Source: Tubiluchus corallicola (lineage: Eukaryota > Animalia > Priapulida). From it: a stretch of DNA of 64,000 nucleotides. Where the stretch lies: the NCBI GenBank assembly GCA_030141605.1, contig JAQGDQ010000062.1, positions 62,001 through 126,000 on the forward strand, written 5' to 3'. Positions 28,012 through 42,192 of this stretch are shown one piece after another. A program made the translations under genes and the position numbers. The number at the start of each line of letters is the position of its first letter. Within the stretch, counting starts at the first letter, position 1. The notes under the pieces were generated by a model that searched no databases, had not been told where the DNA came from, and saw nothing but the letters and a program-made list of their open reading frames with translations.

Positions 28012-29283
28012 ATGGAAGAGTTCAATGAAGCTGCTGACGGTATCTGCAATCATACAGTATCTATGTTGAAGCACGTTGAAACCGATTGGCTCATTGTGAT
28101 ACTTATTGCCATCCATTGTATCATTATAATCACCATTTTGTGTTGTAATGCTTTAGTAAACTACGTGATCATGACGTACAAGAACATGCACTACCCCATC
28201 AACTTCTACGTGGCCTCGCTCTGTTCTTCTGACGCGCTAGTTGGAATGTTTTCCTTGCCTTTGTACATGTTCCTGGAATTCTTCTGTCCTAACAATAAGC
28301 AGAGTTACTGTATCGTTTTGAAAATGTATCGGTTCATGACCGATTTTACTTTCATGATGAGTGTCTATTCCATGGTGGCAATGGCTGCTGAGAGACACCG
28401 AGCAGTGTTCTTGGCATTTAGACAGAGTTACACGGTTAAGCAGTGTGCAGTGAGGATATTCATTATCTTTGTTTGTGCCTTAATTTACGCAAGTTTCTGG
28501 TCGATCTGGCTTCCGGCTGAGAAACATCCAGAGTACTACGACATTGCTAGACTTTGTAAATTTAATTTAACGTCCACGAATGAAAGATTTTTTGGCAAGT
28601 TAGTACTGGTGGATTTTTTCGTTTTGTACATCATTCCATTGACATTTAGTGCTACCTTGTATGTAAGAGTGATTTATAAACTCTACCGAGAAACGAGAGA
28701 ATGGAGATGCGCGAACGAAAGAGAAGGAGTAAATCCCAACAATCAAATTCATATGAGTGCTTCCAGGTTGTCGTCTGTTTCTTGGACAGCGCTAGCGCAG
28801 AAAAAGCGCGCCATCAAAATGTGTTTGTGTATCTTGGTGGTGTTTGCTGTGATGTGGATGCCATATCATGTATGCCACATTTACTACATGGTTCAGCTGA
28901 AGGAACTGAACGACGTTCGTCCAGACCTCGAGTGGTATGTCTTTCCGGTTGTTAACATTCTCTACTTTTCCAACAGCTGGATCAATTGTATCATATTCGG
29001 GTTCTTCAGTGTTAAGTTCAAGAGGAACCTCCGCCGTTGTTTTCACTGCCTAGATTCAGACTGGCAGACAGATGACGAACCACTGCAGACTGGCCAGAAT
29101 GGCTTTAATCGTGAGATGCGCACAAACTCACTGTTGGAGAATCATGAGATTACAGCACGTGGAATCATGATTAGACTCCAACAGTTGCGATTTCCTCTAG
29201 AAAGGTACACAAAAAGAACTAGTGGTCCACATTTGCAGAATGGCACATCGTTCCCTTCAAATGAAAATGTGTCCTACTTCTGA
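28012..29283 (+). CDS. Intronless class A (rhodopsin-like) GPCR, peptide-receptor-like orphan, 423 aa
   Basis: Seven hydrophobic helices: TM1 CNALV, TM2 SLCSSDALVG, TM3 AMAAERHRAV, TM5 LYIIPL, TM6 VFAVMWMPYH, TM7 FSNSWINCIIF, then helix 8 VKFKRNL. N-glycosylation site NHT. Probable 5' UTR acceptor at 27733. Confidence 0.93.
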   Translation: MEEFNEAADGICNHTVSMLKHVETDWLIVILIAIHCIIIITILCCNALVNYVIMTYKNMHYPINFYVASLCSSDALVGMFSLPLYMFLEFFCPNNKQSYCIVLKMYRFMTDFTFMMSVYSMVAMAAERHRAVFLAFRQSYTVKQCAVRIFIIFVCALIYASFWSIWLPAEKHPEYYDIARLCKFNLTSTNERFFGKLVLVDFFVLYIIPLTFSATLYVRVIYKLYRETREWRCANEREGVNPNNQIHMSASRLSSVSWTALAQKKRAIKMCLCILVVFAVMWMPYHVCHIYYMVQLKELNDVRPDLEWYVFPVVNILYFSNSWINCIIFGFFSVKFKRNLRRCFHCLDSDWQTDDEPLQTGQNGFNREMRTNSLLENHEITARGIMIRLQQLRFPLERYTKRTSGPHLQNGTSFPSNENVSYF

Positions 29284-29614
29284 CTAGTGCCTTGAACTTA
29301 TTTTACTCCTCTGGTAAAGCATATGATTTTTTTGCAGTTGTATTACTCGTCCTGTTGTACTGCTGAATTCCATATATTTAAATGACTGCTTCACACTGTT
29401 TCAACACTGTTCACATATCCATCGTGATTCAAGTCGTACACTGCTATAGTTTTTCTTAGCAGGTTGTATTAATCTTGAAAGACTGCCACTCTTTACTGTA
29501 AATAGTAACTGTAGCAGGTAACATATATTAAGATTAACGATGTTGCATTGTGCCTTATGTCCATAAAAATATGATCGTCAGTGTATTAAAAAATGGAGTA
29601 TTTCAGTTATATAT

Positions 29615-29719
<105 letters not shown>

Positions 29720-30339
29720 CGTGCGTGCGTGCGTGTGTGCCTTAGCAACGGACGTTAGCCTTTAAACCACGCTTATTATAATACATATAGAGAGGTATCA
29801 GGTTCCGATTACCGTATGGATGCTGAAGTTGCTCAAGTTATCGTTACTCCACATTTACAACATTTGCAAAACTGTTAACATGAAAAGCAAGAAAAATGTG
29901 CATAACATTGGACTCAAGACATCTCGAAATCTGGCCTTCAGTTAACAAAAATCCCACAAAAAAGCAGAAAGAAAAGACACGATGCTTCTATTCCACCACT
30001 CTTCGGTCACAAAAATAATTACATAATACTATTTTTTGGATTTTGCAACATAAACGGGTTCACTGAAAATCACAGAATATACCACACGCAAAAGAACGTA
30101 TTATAACAGAAAAAACCCACAGTAAATGCTAAATAGCCACAAAAGAGAAAATCACAAAAATACTTATCACAATAATAGAGTAACAAGAAGCACAATAAGT
30201 CACAATAGCATTGAAGCAAGGTCACGAAACAGTCTAGCAAAACGGTGCAGAATTACTCAGTCTGGTTAAAAGTTATGAAACAGTGCACATTGCTAGAACC
30301 CGTCAATGTGTTTAACTTGGATATGGAGCCAATGTAAAA

Positions 30340-30740
30340 TCATCCAACGTGGCCGACATTTTCAAGATTGGCGGCTGTTGTAAACTTATAAAACCATATC
30401 TTTGCTGTTAGAGCAGACATAATGATGATTTCGGTGTCTAAATAGAGGTTTTCAAAGTCAAGGAATCCATATATGATGCTTAAAAAGACCTATGTATGAG
30501 ATCGCCTAATTTCAAGATGGCTGCCAAGATAACTGCAGCCGCTCGTGTAAAATATTTGTTCTGTTGTACATTATAAAACGCATAGGATGATTGTAGCATA
30601 GATTGTAGCATCTAGACATTGACTTTAAAGTAGGATGCTAGAGACATTAGGATCTAGTATCCAACATAGCCATTATTTTCAAGATGGAATACAAAATGGC
30701 TATCGCTAGCTTAGACCACATCTTAGCTTTTGGTTTCTAA
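30340..30740. mobile_element. Fragment related to the fold-back element at 21540-22830
   Basis: Repeated ttttcaagatggc / gccgacattttcaagat motifs shared with 22077-22110. Confidence 0.5.
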
Positions 30741-33453
30741 AATACATTGCACAATATAACCTGATCAGAAAAGTTGGACCCTGGACTAGAAAGGTAGACA
30801 AGGCCTGTAAGATGGGTTAAGCAGAAAAGACAAACTTATGAAAAAGTAAAACAGTTTATGGTGTGTTATTAGAAGGAAGAGATTCAATAAAAACTAGGTA
30901 AACTAATAGTTGGTGTAAAACAGAAAATAAGCCCAAAATGTATTTTTGGTGAGCAAATAATGGCATATGTTAAGTCTACGTAAGGACGGATGTGGCGAGA
31001 AAGTAAAATGTTATGAGAAGAAAACCTAGCATTTTAAGAAAATTGTTAGAATTGTTAGAAAACGTTTCAATGAAACAACATAATATGTTGGTATTGTTTG
31101 AGAAGAAAATAGTTTTAGCGTTGAATCGAAAAGACCAGCTACCTTCACATGACTGATAGTGCCACTTAAGGTTTTTGAATTCTGATGTTATCAACTTGTT
31201 CTTTAAGAAGAGTTCAGTCACGTCACGGTTCTCCTAAAAAGAATTTATCGCATAAATTGTATGATATACGCCAATTGTTTTAGAAGTCACAAGGGTTATT
31301 TATTTATTAAATACGTAGTCTTTTTTAAAAACATATTAAAAATATTTACAAGAAAGTATAAAAGTAAAACGTACGTATATACAGTATGTAATAAAATTTT
31401 ACAAGTAAAAATGGCTAGTTAAAAGATTACGGTTAAAGCACAAAGAGTCAAGGCTACGTATATATTCAGGTGCTTATTAAAAAGATAAATGATTATTAAG
31501 GTTTACATCTTTTAAACGCTTTTTAAAAGTTTGCTACTCTGAGTACAGAACAGGGCGGCACCGCCGACAAAGTTAGGTAGCTGATTTTAATTAATCTGCT
31601 TGGGAAAAAGTTTTTAAAACAATCAAGTCAGAAGTGGGTGGGCTGTAACTTCGAGCGGTGAGCCCTGGTTACATTAGATAAGGGTGTTTTTTTTAAAATA
31701 CAGTGTATCCATGTAACATAGAATAACACATTGTCAGATCACAGTGTATTCAATGGAGCTCAAGTGGCGCAAGATTTAGTTTTGATAGAAATGCTAATCG
31801 GTCAGGGTAAGACATGCTGCTAAGATTGCACCTAGCAAATAGCCTGTGAGTGAAATGCTACTGAACATGTTTAACCAAATGATGGTTGTTATAGGCACTA
31901 CTGAGGACAGATGTTATTGTATTTGATTACCAGTCTATTATATTTTAAACAGAGAGCTGAATCGAAAGTCTCAAGACAAGGGGCACATGGAATGTCAAGG
32001 TTTTTTTAATTTTGCCTTGTCATTATTGGAAGCTTGTTTCACCGAATTTTGAGACGTTTTGAGCAATAATATTTAACTTCGTGTAATAGTTGCATGAGTG
32101 TCTTCGGGAAATAGTGGGAAATTTTCTGACGTCTGTTAACTTAAATGTTGGGTTTTCACCCCATAACATTTTATTTTCTCATTTTGTTACTAAAATTTTA
32201 ACAGTCTACATGCCGTACTCAACAAAATACGTGCTGAGCTCATCTCCTGCCTGATACCTGTAGTTTTTCGTTAATCACTGTCTTCAGATAACACAATCTC
32301 TTGATAGCAAAAACTATTTGATTTTTTTTATCTTTTCAGTTTAGTATAACACCACAAACGGTTTCCTAATATTTTCCTAAATTAATTAGCAGGGGCTTTC
32401 TGCTAGCTAGGAGTTCCTGTTGGAGTTGCTCGCATCTCTCTTCCTTTGCTATGAGCAGAAAATGCGTTGGCTAAGTCTCGTGACTTGAACGTTAATTAAA
32501 AGCACTATACTGTTGCGCAAATTCTTCATGGGCAAAGGCTAAATTAAAGCATAGAGCAATATTGTTTACTTAGGAGCCTGCGCAACCAGAGTTTATTAGT
32601 ATAGTTACTACAGGACTGAGTGTACTATCAACAAAGTCATTCTGACAATACCTGCATATCCAATATTATTTCAAAGCCAGGCTTCCCAAAATTACAGACA
32701 CGTACTGGGAGATATATATTTTTATTTGATTATTCCAAGCAGTATTTATGTCAACACAACAGCGAATATTATATTTAAGTAACAATAATTAGGCCTGTGA
32801 AGTATAGATAAAATGAAAAATATGCACAACTGCGTATATGAATAAAAGGACAGGCACGTGTTACCTTATAACTTGGCATATCTGTTCAAATTGTGCTGCA
32901 GTAAAATCAGATTTTTTATAACAAAATTATCGTTACATCTGTTATATGATGTTTGTTATTCTTGTTTACTATTCTGGCACAAAATGTACGGGTGCATCAT
33001 TTATGATAAGGAGGCTAAATTGAAAATGAGACGGCGCCAATGGTCTGATATTAAGTCATTTAATTCTGACTTACTACTTACTAATGCATACTAATAATTT
33101 AATAATGCTTACTAATTCTGACTTATAACCATATAAAATTATTTGGTATAGCTGGCATAGACGTCTAGAATAGATATTGATTAAGTGTTGCAGTGCGCTA
33201 CTGGTATAGTTGCTAGCAAGCAAACGTCACCAACAAGCTTCAAAAAGTATATGGAAATGTTTGTTGTTTTCTATTAATTTATTTTCAAATGTAATAACAT
33301 TGGATTAATGCGTCTTCCTTGACTGATTTTTCTTCCAGAAATCGAAAACACAAAACCTGACGATTCCTAACAATTAATTCTTGGTAGGTATAATAGAAGT
33401 GTTACGATGTAATAGTTTTACTGCAGAGTTTTGTGTCTAATTAAAAACATATA

Positions 33454-33455
<2 letters not shown>

Positions 33456-33538
<83 letters not shown>
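33456..33538. repeat. (TG)n microsatellite
   Basis: Directly visible. Confidence 0.97.
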
Positions 33539-33544
<6 letters not shown>

Positions 33545-34612
33545 GACTAGTTCCACAGCATGCATACTTGCACTTTTCATAAATATGTAGTAGAAGTAGT
33601 AGAAGATATATTCTTTATTTTGCCTTTTTAAAAACATTGACCATCAGAATAAGGAAGACAGACATGACGTGGAAGTTGGCCTTTATTAAAATGTTTTGTT
33701 TAGTTTTTGTTTTAAATATAGTTTATTACTGAACATATACAGTGTTGCTACAGTACTGCAGTACAGACCTAGTCTTTATCAAGAGAAAAAAGAGAAAATG
33801 CACTATAGAAATGATTTTAAATAATAAAAACGCTAGAAATAAAGCATAAAAAGATTGGATGAAGAAAATCTAATTTAAAGATTAGCATTTAAAAAAATCG
33901 ACGCAAAATCATTGAGAGAAGCTCGATATCGTAATTTACAAAAGCAGATTTATTATTTACAGGTTGTAGAGATTGCATGAAATCTGTGTACAAGAAGACC
34001 AAGACAAATAGTAATCATTTACAGCTATTATCAGCATGCGCATTGCAAATGTCTTTATTATCCCTATATGCCTGACAAAATTAATGACTTGCACCAATTT
34101 TAATTGGAATCGGGTTAAGTATTTACACAATCGTGCATTATGTAGCTGCTCGTCTCCAGTTCCAGATTGATTTTTATGCTCTTATTTTACTTGCATTTTA
34201 TTATACTTGAGAATACACATAACACACCTTCAATAAAAGCTGATAGGATACGTATTGCAACACTTCAAAAAAATTAACAGTTTTTTTACCTAATTTTTTT
34301 ACATTTTTTTATAATTATAATTTTTGTCACGTAGCCCAGCTTGTTCACATAGTACTAAACTCAATAAATGGTCATAAACGATTTCGTTTAGACAGATAAA
34401 CCGAAAAAATTCTTACAAAACTAGCTCAAATTGGAAGTTCCAAATTTGGTCACTGAATTAATAAAGCTGTCGCGTCATAGATGGCGCACTTTACCAATGC
34501 AATAACACCGACGATGACGACCAGCCAAGTTTTATTGGAATCCTAAAACAGCAACAGCGGAGATAGTAACTGATTATAAATTTAATAAAATAATGGTGAT
34601 GATGATGCTATA

Positions 34613-34695
<83 letters not shown>
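34613..34695. repeat. (AAT)n microsatellite
   Basis: Directly visible. Confidence 0.96.
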
Positions 34696-34698
<3 letters not shown>

Positions 34699-35761
34699 CT
34701 TAAATAAATGAGTGGCTACAATTCTACTAAACACGGATAATAAATGTTATTACATTATATAGGCACATGCCATTTCTACGTTTTCTATATTTTCTACGAT
34801 TCCAAAAAAGTCGTGTATCTTTAGGCCTACATAAAGATGACCTAACTTATTTCAATACACAATTTTAGGCGTACGTCATTCGAGTTATGTACGCTTATTT
34901 TAGTGTTTGCGAAAAATATAGATTAGGAGATATAGTGCTGCTTCTAAAAATGACACTATACTAATGTGACTTCCGGTTAAACGGATTTCATAAAAATAGA
35001 TTATTATGCCAAGATCTTAATCAGTATGGTCATATTTACAGCATTTTCAATATTCGTTCTCTGAAATGAGCTTTATTACAAGCTTATAGTACACTGAACC
35101 ACTAAACTAATTCCACGTACTTACCAAGTCTTCCTGTACTTTCCACACCCACTGAAATAAAAAACACAGTGCAATTCCACAACTGAAATAGGCTACCCAT
35201 GTAATTATATGAGCAACATATCTGAAGCAAACCATGAAAGTAATTATTATAATACTGTTAGTAGCTTTTCCCGTTCTGTCGTCATCACCTTCATCCTCTT
35301 CACTGTTGTTACTAACATCATTATTATTATAATCACTACTGTTGTCAAAAACCATCCTCGCCATCATAGTCGCCACTACTAATGCCACTGCCACCGTGCC
35401 GCCACTATCGCTCCATTCCCACAACCACCGCCACCACAAGCTCGACACTAGAACCTCCAACATCATCACCATCACCGATCGTTCATCATCAGCATCATCA
35501 CAAATTACCATAATCGTTGTCATCACAGTTGTTATTTTTGTGTTAGTTTTAAATTTCTCTGCGGCCATTTTTATATTTATAACAATAGGTATAGGCCTAT
35601 TATAAATGAGTAAAGAAGTAGGTTATTCGCTAGCCTCATTTCACTATTCAATAACTTGACAGGAATATTAATTGTGGTAATGTGAATATGAAGATCAGCT
35701 ACGTTTGGCAAAACCATATAGGCCTACACCATGTGGAAAATAGACCAGTGCAGATGATTAA

Positions 35762-36357
35762 AGGAAAAGAGGATGATATTTCATATACTATCCCACTTTC
35801 AAGTACGGTAAAATGTATACGTCTTAGCCGCCAATAATAATGCAAAAGGGTTTCTGATAATTAAATAATAGATTAAAATCTTAATTAACGGTGGACGAGC
35901 CCAACTGTTGATGACATCACAAACGAACATAATTTTCAACAGCAAAAACATTCCATCAGCTTGTTGCACGTATTTGCAAAGCAAAAATTGAAGTACAGCA
36001 CTACTGTAAGAGATTCAGTGTGTTGTACTAAAACATGGCAAGTTTTAAGATAAAAATTCAAATTTCAAATTTAACGCGGTGCAGTACGTCACAAATAAAA
36101 AACTTTGAACTGGGAGGTACAGCGCCTGTCTTTTGTGCAACGTATTTCCAAAATGCAGGCTGTAGTGCTCGTCTAATTAGCGAATGGCGAAATGTATGTA
36201 GTAGCGAAGGACTAGTGGCAGGAATGCGAACTTGCGTTTGTGTGGTAATAATTCTTTCACGGAAGCCATTTTTTGAAAAAAATAGTATGTTTTTATTGAA
36301 TATTTTTAAAGAGTAGATTGTTTTGACCTACAATTTAAGATTGGGTCCGGTTTTCCT
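35762..36357. mobile_element. Kolobok-like non-autonomous DNA transposon
   Basis: TTAA at 35758-35761 and 36358-36361 flanks imperfect TIRs AGGAAAAGAGGA / TCCGGTTTTCCT. A similar left end (TTAA-AGGAAAGACC) occurs at 1619. Confidence 0.55.
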
Positions 36358-39300
36358 TTAAGACATTGGATGACGAAAACAGGCGATACTTTGGCAAAAA
36401 AATGTCTATATACGTACCACAGTAGAGAAGACTGTAGCTGTAACTGAAATTAAAAAAACAAATTAGACTAAACTGTTACGTTTATAAACACAAAACATTC
36501 AAATATTAATTGGTCCGAATTAAAATTACTATGATTTAAAAATTGTGACTTTTATTAAGCTCATACGTCTAGTTTCCCATATACATGTACTACAGCTAAA
36601 TTGACGAAACTCGTACGTGCATTTATGGACATTAAGGTGTAGGTAATTAAGAAAATGGAAATCTCAGTCTTGCTCAAACCAGTTGAACAGTTAAAAGCTT
36701 CCAATCACTCAACCTATAACGCGCATGACACACCCAGCTAAAGTCATAATAAAACAAAAATTGTCGCTCTGTGTCTGCAGTTAGTTCAGCTGTTAAGGCG
36801 TCAGTTAAAAATGGCATTTCCTTTCATTAATAGTGCTTATTTTACTACAGATGATTAATAATGTCTTTTTTCACAACTTTACTCAGTAATATTGGTGCAA
36901 GAATAAGCAAGTGTCAAATTGTAAAACATCAAAACGTGAATGCATACCGACTAGTTCGTGTGGCCAGGAGAGTAGTTGAGAGGTCACGGGTATTCGGTCA
37001 AACATCGCATTTTAAATAGTGAAGTAAACTCAGGTTCCGCCACAACTACTAACTTAAATTTGTATGGCTGGCAGTGGCAACAAGATGTAGAATATATTCT
37101 TTCTGATTGTAGGTGTTGAATTTATTGTTCCAAGCCTATTATTCTTAGCTTTAATTATCAAATATATTGTTCCCGAATGCATTATTTCTGCCACGCCTAT
37201 CATCTTTTTAGCCACACCTGTTGAAGATGTCTGTGCTGTACCTGCCCTTTCTGTCACACTTGGCTTTCTTTCCCACCCACAAATGCTATAGTAAACAATA
37301 GGCACGGAAACATAGAATCTATATGTACTGTCAGGAACAAAAATTTTTGGCAACTTACAATTGGAACAAAAGGCTCAGAAACAATAAAATACTTACAGAT
37401 GGAAAAACAATATGATCAAAAAACGTAAATCTTAGAGCTAGTTTAATTTGCAGCCGTGAACAATATAACAATTATTCGGAAACAATAGTTTCATCTGTCG
37501 ACATTTACAGTCGGGAACAATTTTAGGTTTAAAAACAATACTTTCAACACATAGCTGAAACAATAAATTCTATATCACATTGTTCCGAGGATCCTTTACG
37601 CCTACTGTGCTTTGTTGTCAATGATTTTGACGTATGCCGATGGCGAAAACATGCACCAGTAATAATTAATACAGTAATAATTATCTTCGTTTTGCTCATG
37701 GTTTTTCAGCTTTCACTGTTTTTTTCTCAATTCAGAATTTGCAATTTTCACAGTATCAGGTGACAATACTTACTTAATATATTGCCTGTGAGCGCCAGAG
37801 CAACTATGTCAGTTGAGATTGCTTTAATCAATGTGAGGACTACTGAGGCCTGCGAAATAAAGTGCTTATAAATGATATGTTGTACAATACCGTTAACATA
37901 CTTTGAATCGATTAAAAAAGGTTGTAAGTATAGGCCCCTACATGATACAAACAAGCATGGAATAATTCATTTTATGAACTGGCACAAAATAAAAAAAAAC
38001 AGAGCATTTTTTAGAGAATGTAATGTCTTAAGTTATTGGGTTCAGTTATTCAAAGTTGTTGGTTAGGTCTGTTGTCACAATGGACTTCTGGGCCTAGCTG
38101 GTTAGGCTAGTTATCATTGCTAACCTGGAACAAGCTCTTAAATAGGCATATAATCCCATGCCCTATACATCTAGGTCTAATTCAAAATCAGGTCCATGCA
38201 GTTAGGTCCATTAAATTTAAATTCTTTACTGGCTTGGAAGATACAACAATAGAATTAAGTGATGTTGATAACAAAAATGACAATGTATTATACAGTACTA
38301 TCGTCTACGTCGACCGTACCAAAATAAATGCACTTGTGATGAATACGAATATCTTCTCTGAAACGACCTATAAAAATAACGAAACAACATTACTATGGCT
38401 ACTTTTAATCTCAAACCACAATTGTGGGTATTAAAATGAATGACCCTCACAAGCTTATTCTTTTAGATCTTTTTAACACCTTTAAGTACGTGCTATGACA
38501 AATTGACAATGCTACGAAAAGTCTAAATATCGGACCTGGACCTACCATGTCTAAAGGATAATAATGTAGAGGAGTGAATTCAGGTATGTAGGGTATACAT
38601 AAAGTGTTGTTGTGTGTGTGTGGGAGGGGGGGGGGTTACAAAAACGACAAATAATCTTGCAGAATAATTTATTACAAAACAGCTTGCAACGATATTGTGT
38701 GAGAATGGTGTGTTGCGCAGCCTGAAGGGTGTAAGATCGAAGCAGCGACTTGAAAGATCTGGGATTATTTTTTTTATTTTTGAGCTGAAGTGAATGTCGT
38801 GGAAGTTCACCAGACCTTAACCCCAAAACACATTGAAAGATCCTGAAATGTCCTGGATCCTTATTCCTGAAATACAAAGTGGACGCTCCAAGGACATGCT
38901 ACTGATCAGTATTCAGGAGTCAAACGTCTGAAACATCTCCAATCATTTCGTTCAAGAATGTAGACTGTGCGAGACGCTCGAGGCTTACAAACTAATAGAT
39001 TCGCAAATATTACAGCAATACTTTGATGTAAAAATGTTTCCTGAACTTTTTACTCGGTGCTTTTGTACTCCTCCAGCAAAAGATTATGTACAACCCTGTA
39101 CACTACTTTTACTGTTTTCTTATTATACATGCATTAATTAAGCAGTTATATGAAGGCAAGACAATAGGGTAACGTAAACAAGAATAAACTAACAGGTTAA
39201 CAAACGGTTTCTTAGGAAATTTCTGTGGTTCATTATAGAACTTGAAAAAGACAAAAATAAGCGAACTTCAACCCATTAGGTGTTATTACAAAATTTATGC

Positions 39301-42192
39301 CTAAGAATTAATCTTTCCCCGCCCTTTTTACCTTTAGTTATATTTGAATGTAAGTTACCTTTTTATTCACTGCATAGTTGTCATCGCTTGCCATATTGAC
39401 TTCGTGCAAATACACATCCCAATGCGAACACACGAAAACTGCGCGAGTTGTAACAAACGACATTGGTTTGCGTTGCGGGCCAACATTCACGAACTTTGGT
39501 CAATTGTACTACTACAGGCCTGCTGTGTATTACTATTATAATTAGTCGGTTAGTGGCTTTCTCAGTTGCAGCCAGACATTCATAAACATTTACTGAAATG
39601 CCCATTTAAATTAAAGCAATTCAAGTTTTGCAAAGGAAATCGACGAAATGGGATTTAGACTTTTCTTGATCTGTGTAGGTACTATAGGTTAGCATAAAAA
39701 CAGTGATAACAAACTTTTCTAACCATTCATCTTTCCCAATTCTTTACAGCAAATTGTATAGATGGCCTCTCCTTCCTGGCGGTAATATTTAATTAGTATC
39801 AGAGCTAGAATTAAGTGAACTACAAAACTTGACCGAAAAATTATACGTGACAACGTGACCCACATACATCAAGACCCTGACACCCTATTTTATCGTGAGC
39901 TTCATGCTGTAAGCAACAACAGTGACTAGTTTTTTCTGCTCTTATAAATTTAGGTCTATAATTTGACTATTTATAAATTTTGTGGGCAGCAAATCGCCAA
40001 AAAAATTAATAGGGCTTAATAGATCGAGCGGAATCGCTGAGTAATCATGAAGAGTGTGCGTTTATGGGACTGACGTTAAGCTTGACAGACCTCGATCTTG
40101 TTAGCAAATGGATGGGTGATTGACTGTTTGCCAAAAAACCTGTTTTTGAGCTGTTTCATCTGTTATGCTGCTTTTTGGTGTTTCTTTCAATGGAGGCAGT
40201 GATGTGATTCAATTAATATGATTTCTTTCATATCCGGTAGTTAAGACGCCCTGCAGTTCAGTTCTTCATCTTATAGTCCTGATAATGATCAACATCAAGG
40301 AGGGCCTGCCGTTGGGCCAAATAATATAAAAAACAACGCTTCAAGGAGCAGTGATTATAAATAGCAAAATGTACCTACATTTTAAAAAGTAACATTGATA
40401 AACTTGATAAACTCGATTTTTTTGAGCAAACCTATCGAAACATAAAAGAATTTATTTCACTCGAGTACATTTTTCACGAACTATGATCCACTCTAAGGCC
40501 CAGTTGGATTTCAATAAGAACTGGTAGTCTGAAACTGAATTTACAGTTTTTACTGGGAGCTTCTTACAAGTAGACTTACAAGTTTTACTTGCTTGGGAGC
40601 CACAGATACATACCGTTTAACTTTTGTCGGAGTTTTGTCCTTGTAGTTTTTACCTCATAAGAAAAATTATCAGCTTTGTATATAGCTTATGAAATTTTCA
40701 GCTTTCATACAACTTGCGTAAGATGTATTTTAAACCTCCTTTGCAGATCTGCATTCTGCAGAACCATAACACAAAATAGATGTTTTTTCGAATCACTTAA
40801 ATCTATTTATGAAACTAATGTTGGCTGATCTGACCTCTTTTTAGAGGTAGCAAAAGAAGACCGGCTTCGCCATTTCCTTATAAGTTTGCAGGCTCACTTT
40901 CTTTATAACCAGCTAAAATTTTCTTTCTTTGAGCAAAGCACATTTCACTCAAGATTATTAGAGTGCTGGTCACAGGTAATAGTGGCGTAACGGAACGTAG
41001 CCTAGTTATTACCAAGAATAATCCTACAGGGTGAGTTGTCGTTTCTGGCCAAGTCAGGCAACCCATCTTCCCTCAACGAGAGAAACAGTTGAGGCAATCA
41101 GCAATACGGTTGATGAGACCGGACGAAAGTAGTTTTCCCGACGACCCCATCCATTTACAACCAAGCTGGCGGGGCTGCTGAAGTTCAGTAAATAAGCTTA
41201 CTTGCGCTGTGATTCCACACAACTATTTCCTTAGTTATAAAAACCGCAGCTCCAAATAGACTAAAACGCTAAGTAAAGTGTCGTGTTTTTACCTAGTGGT
41301 TACGTATGTTTGTTGTGCGTGACGTTACATCACAATCTTTTTGCACTTAAAAACACGCTTAAAAAGTATAATATTATAGTAATACTAATGGATTAATATT
41401 ATTAACGGAATCGTAGATAACTAACACTGTAAAAACGGAAACAGCGCAGTATTGATGACAAAAACCCTTTCGAAAAAAATCTTTATCTGCGCAGCTTTTA
41501 TATCTTCTCTTTCCGTTTTACCTTCTGCTCAGTCCTGTACAAGTTTACCTTCTTGGCTTCAGCCGATATATCAATATCTGCTGAACATTTGTTTTAAAAC
41601 TTAATTGTTTTACTTTGTTGTAGTAACAGCTTCTTCGTAAAATATGTTACAATGGTGTATTTATGGCATTCTGGAAATAAACTAAACGAAACTAAAAAAA
41701 ACTAGAGGAAGTTTTGTTTAAAATAAGTTAAGTGAGCTTCTTCATTGCAGTTAACATATTTCATGTTATACATGTAACATAAATAATGTGACTAGGTCTC
41801 TTATAAATTGGAATCTATGAAACAAAAATTGGATTTAATGAATGAACAGTCTTAACTTTTACTTAGTTAATGTTTGTTGCTTTAGTGCATCGTACAAAGG
41901 CGTACATGTGTTCAATACACAGTGTTAAAATATAGGTATGTAAAAATGTGTTATTTTCTTAAAAATAAATTCCCTGCAATTTTGTTAGCAGTGCTACCTC
42001 CTGCAATAGTTCTTGTAAGTACTGATACTAATAAAAGACACTCAATTGTTTTTGTCAAATCAAAAGTCTCAATGCTTTATATTTATAATGCAGTAATAAT
42101 ATTAAAGGTCATTTGTTATTAGAGTGTTTCAGCAATTTTCAATATTATAGTAGGAAAATGCAAAAAATAACTGTCTACAAAAACTTATAATA

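Noticed and set aside
28701-29046. Overlapping alternate-frame and antisense ORFs inside the GPCR
   Set aside because: Short shadow ORFs of a real coding region with no recognisable motifs.
35107-35605. 153-aa and 87-aa ORFs with hydrophobic and acidic runs
   Set aside because: They derive from a degenerate CAT/CAC/TAT low-complexity tract, with no domain or splice support.
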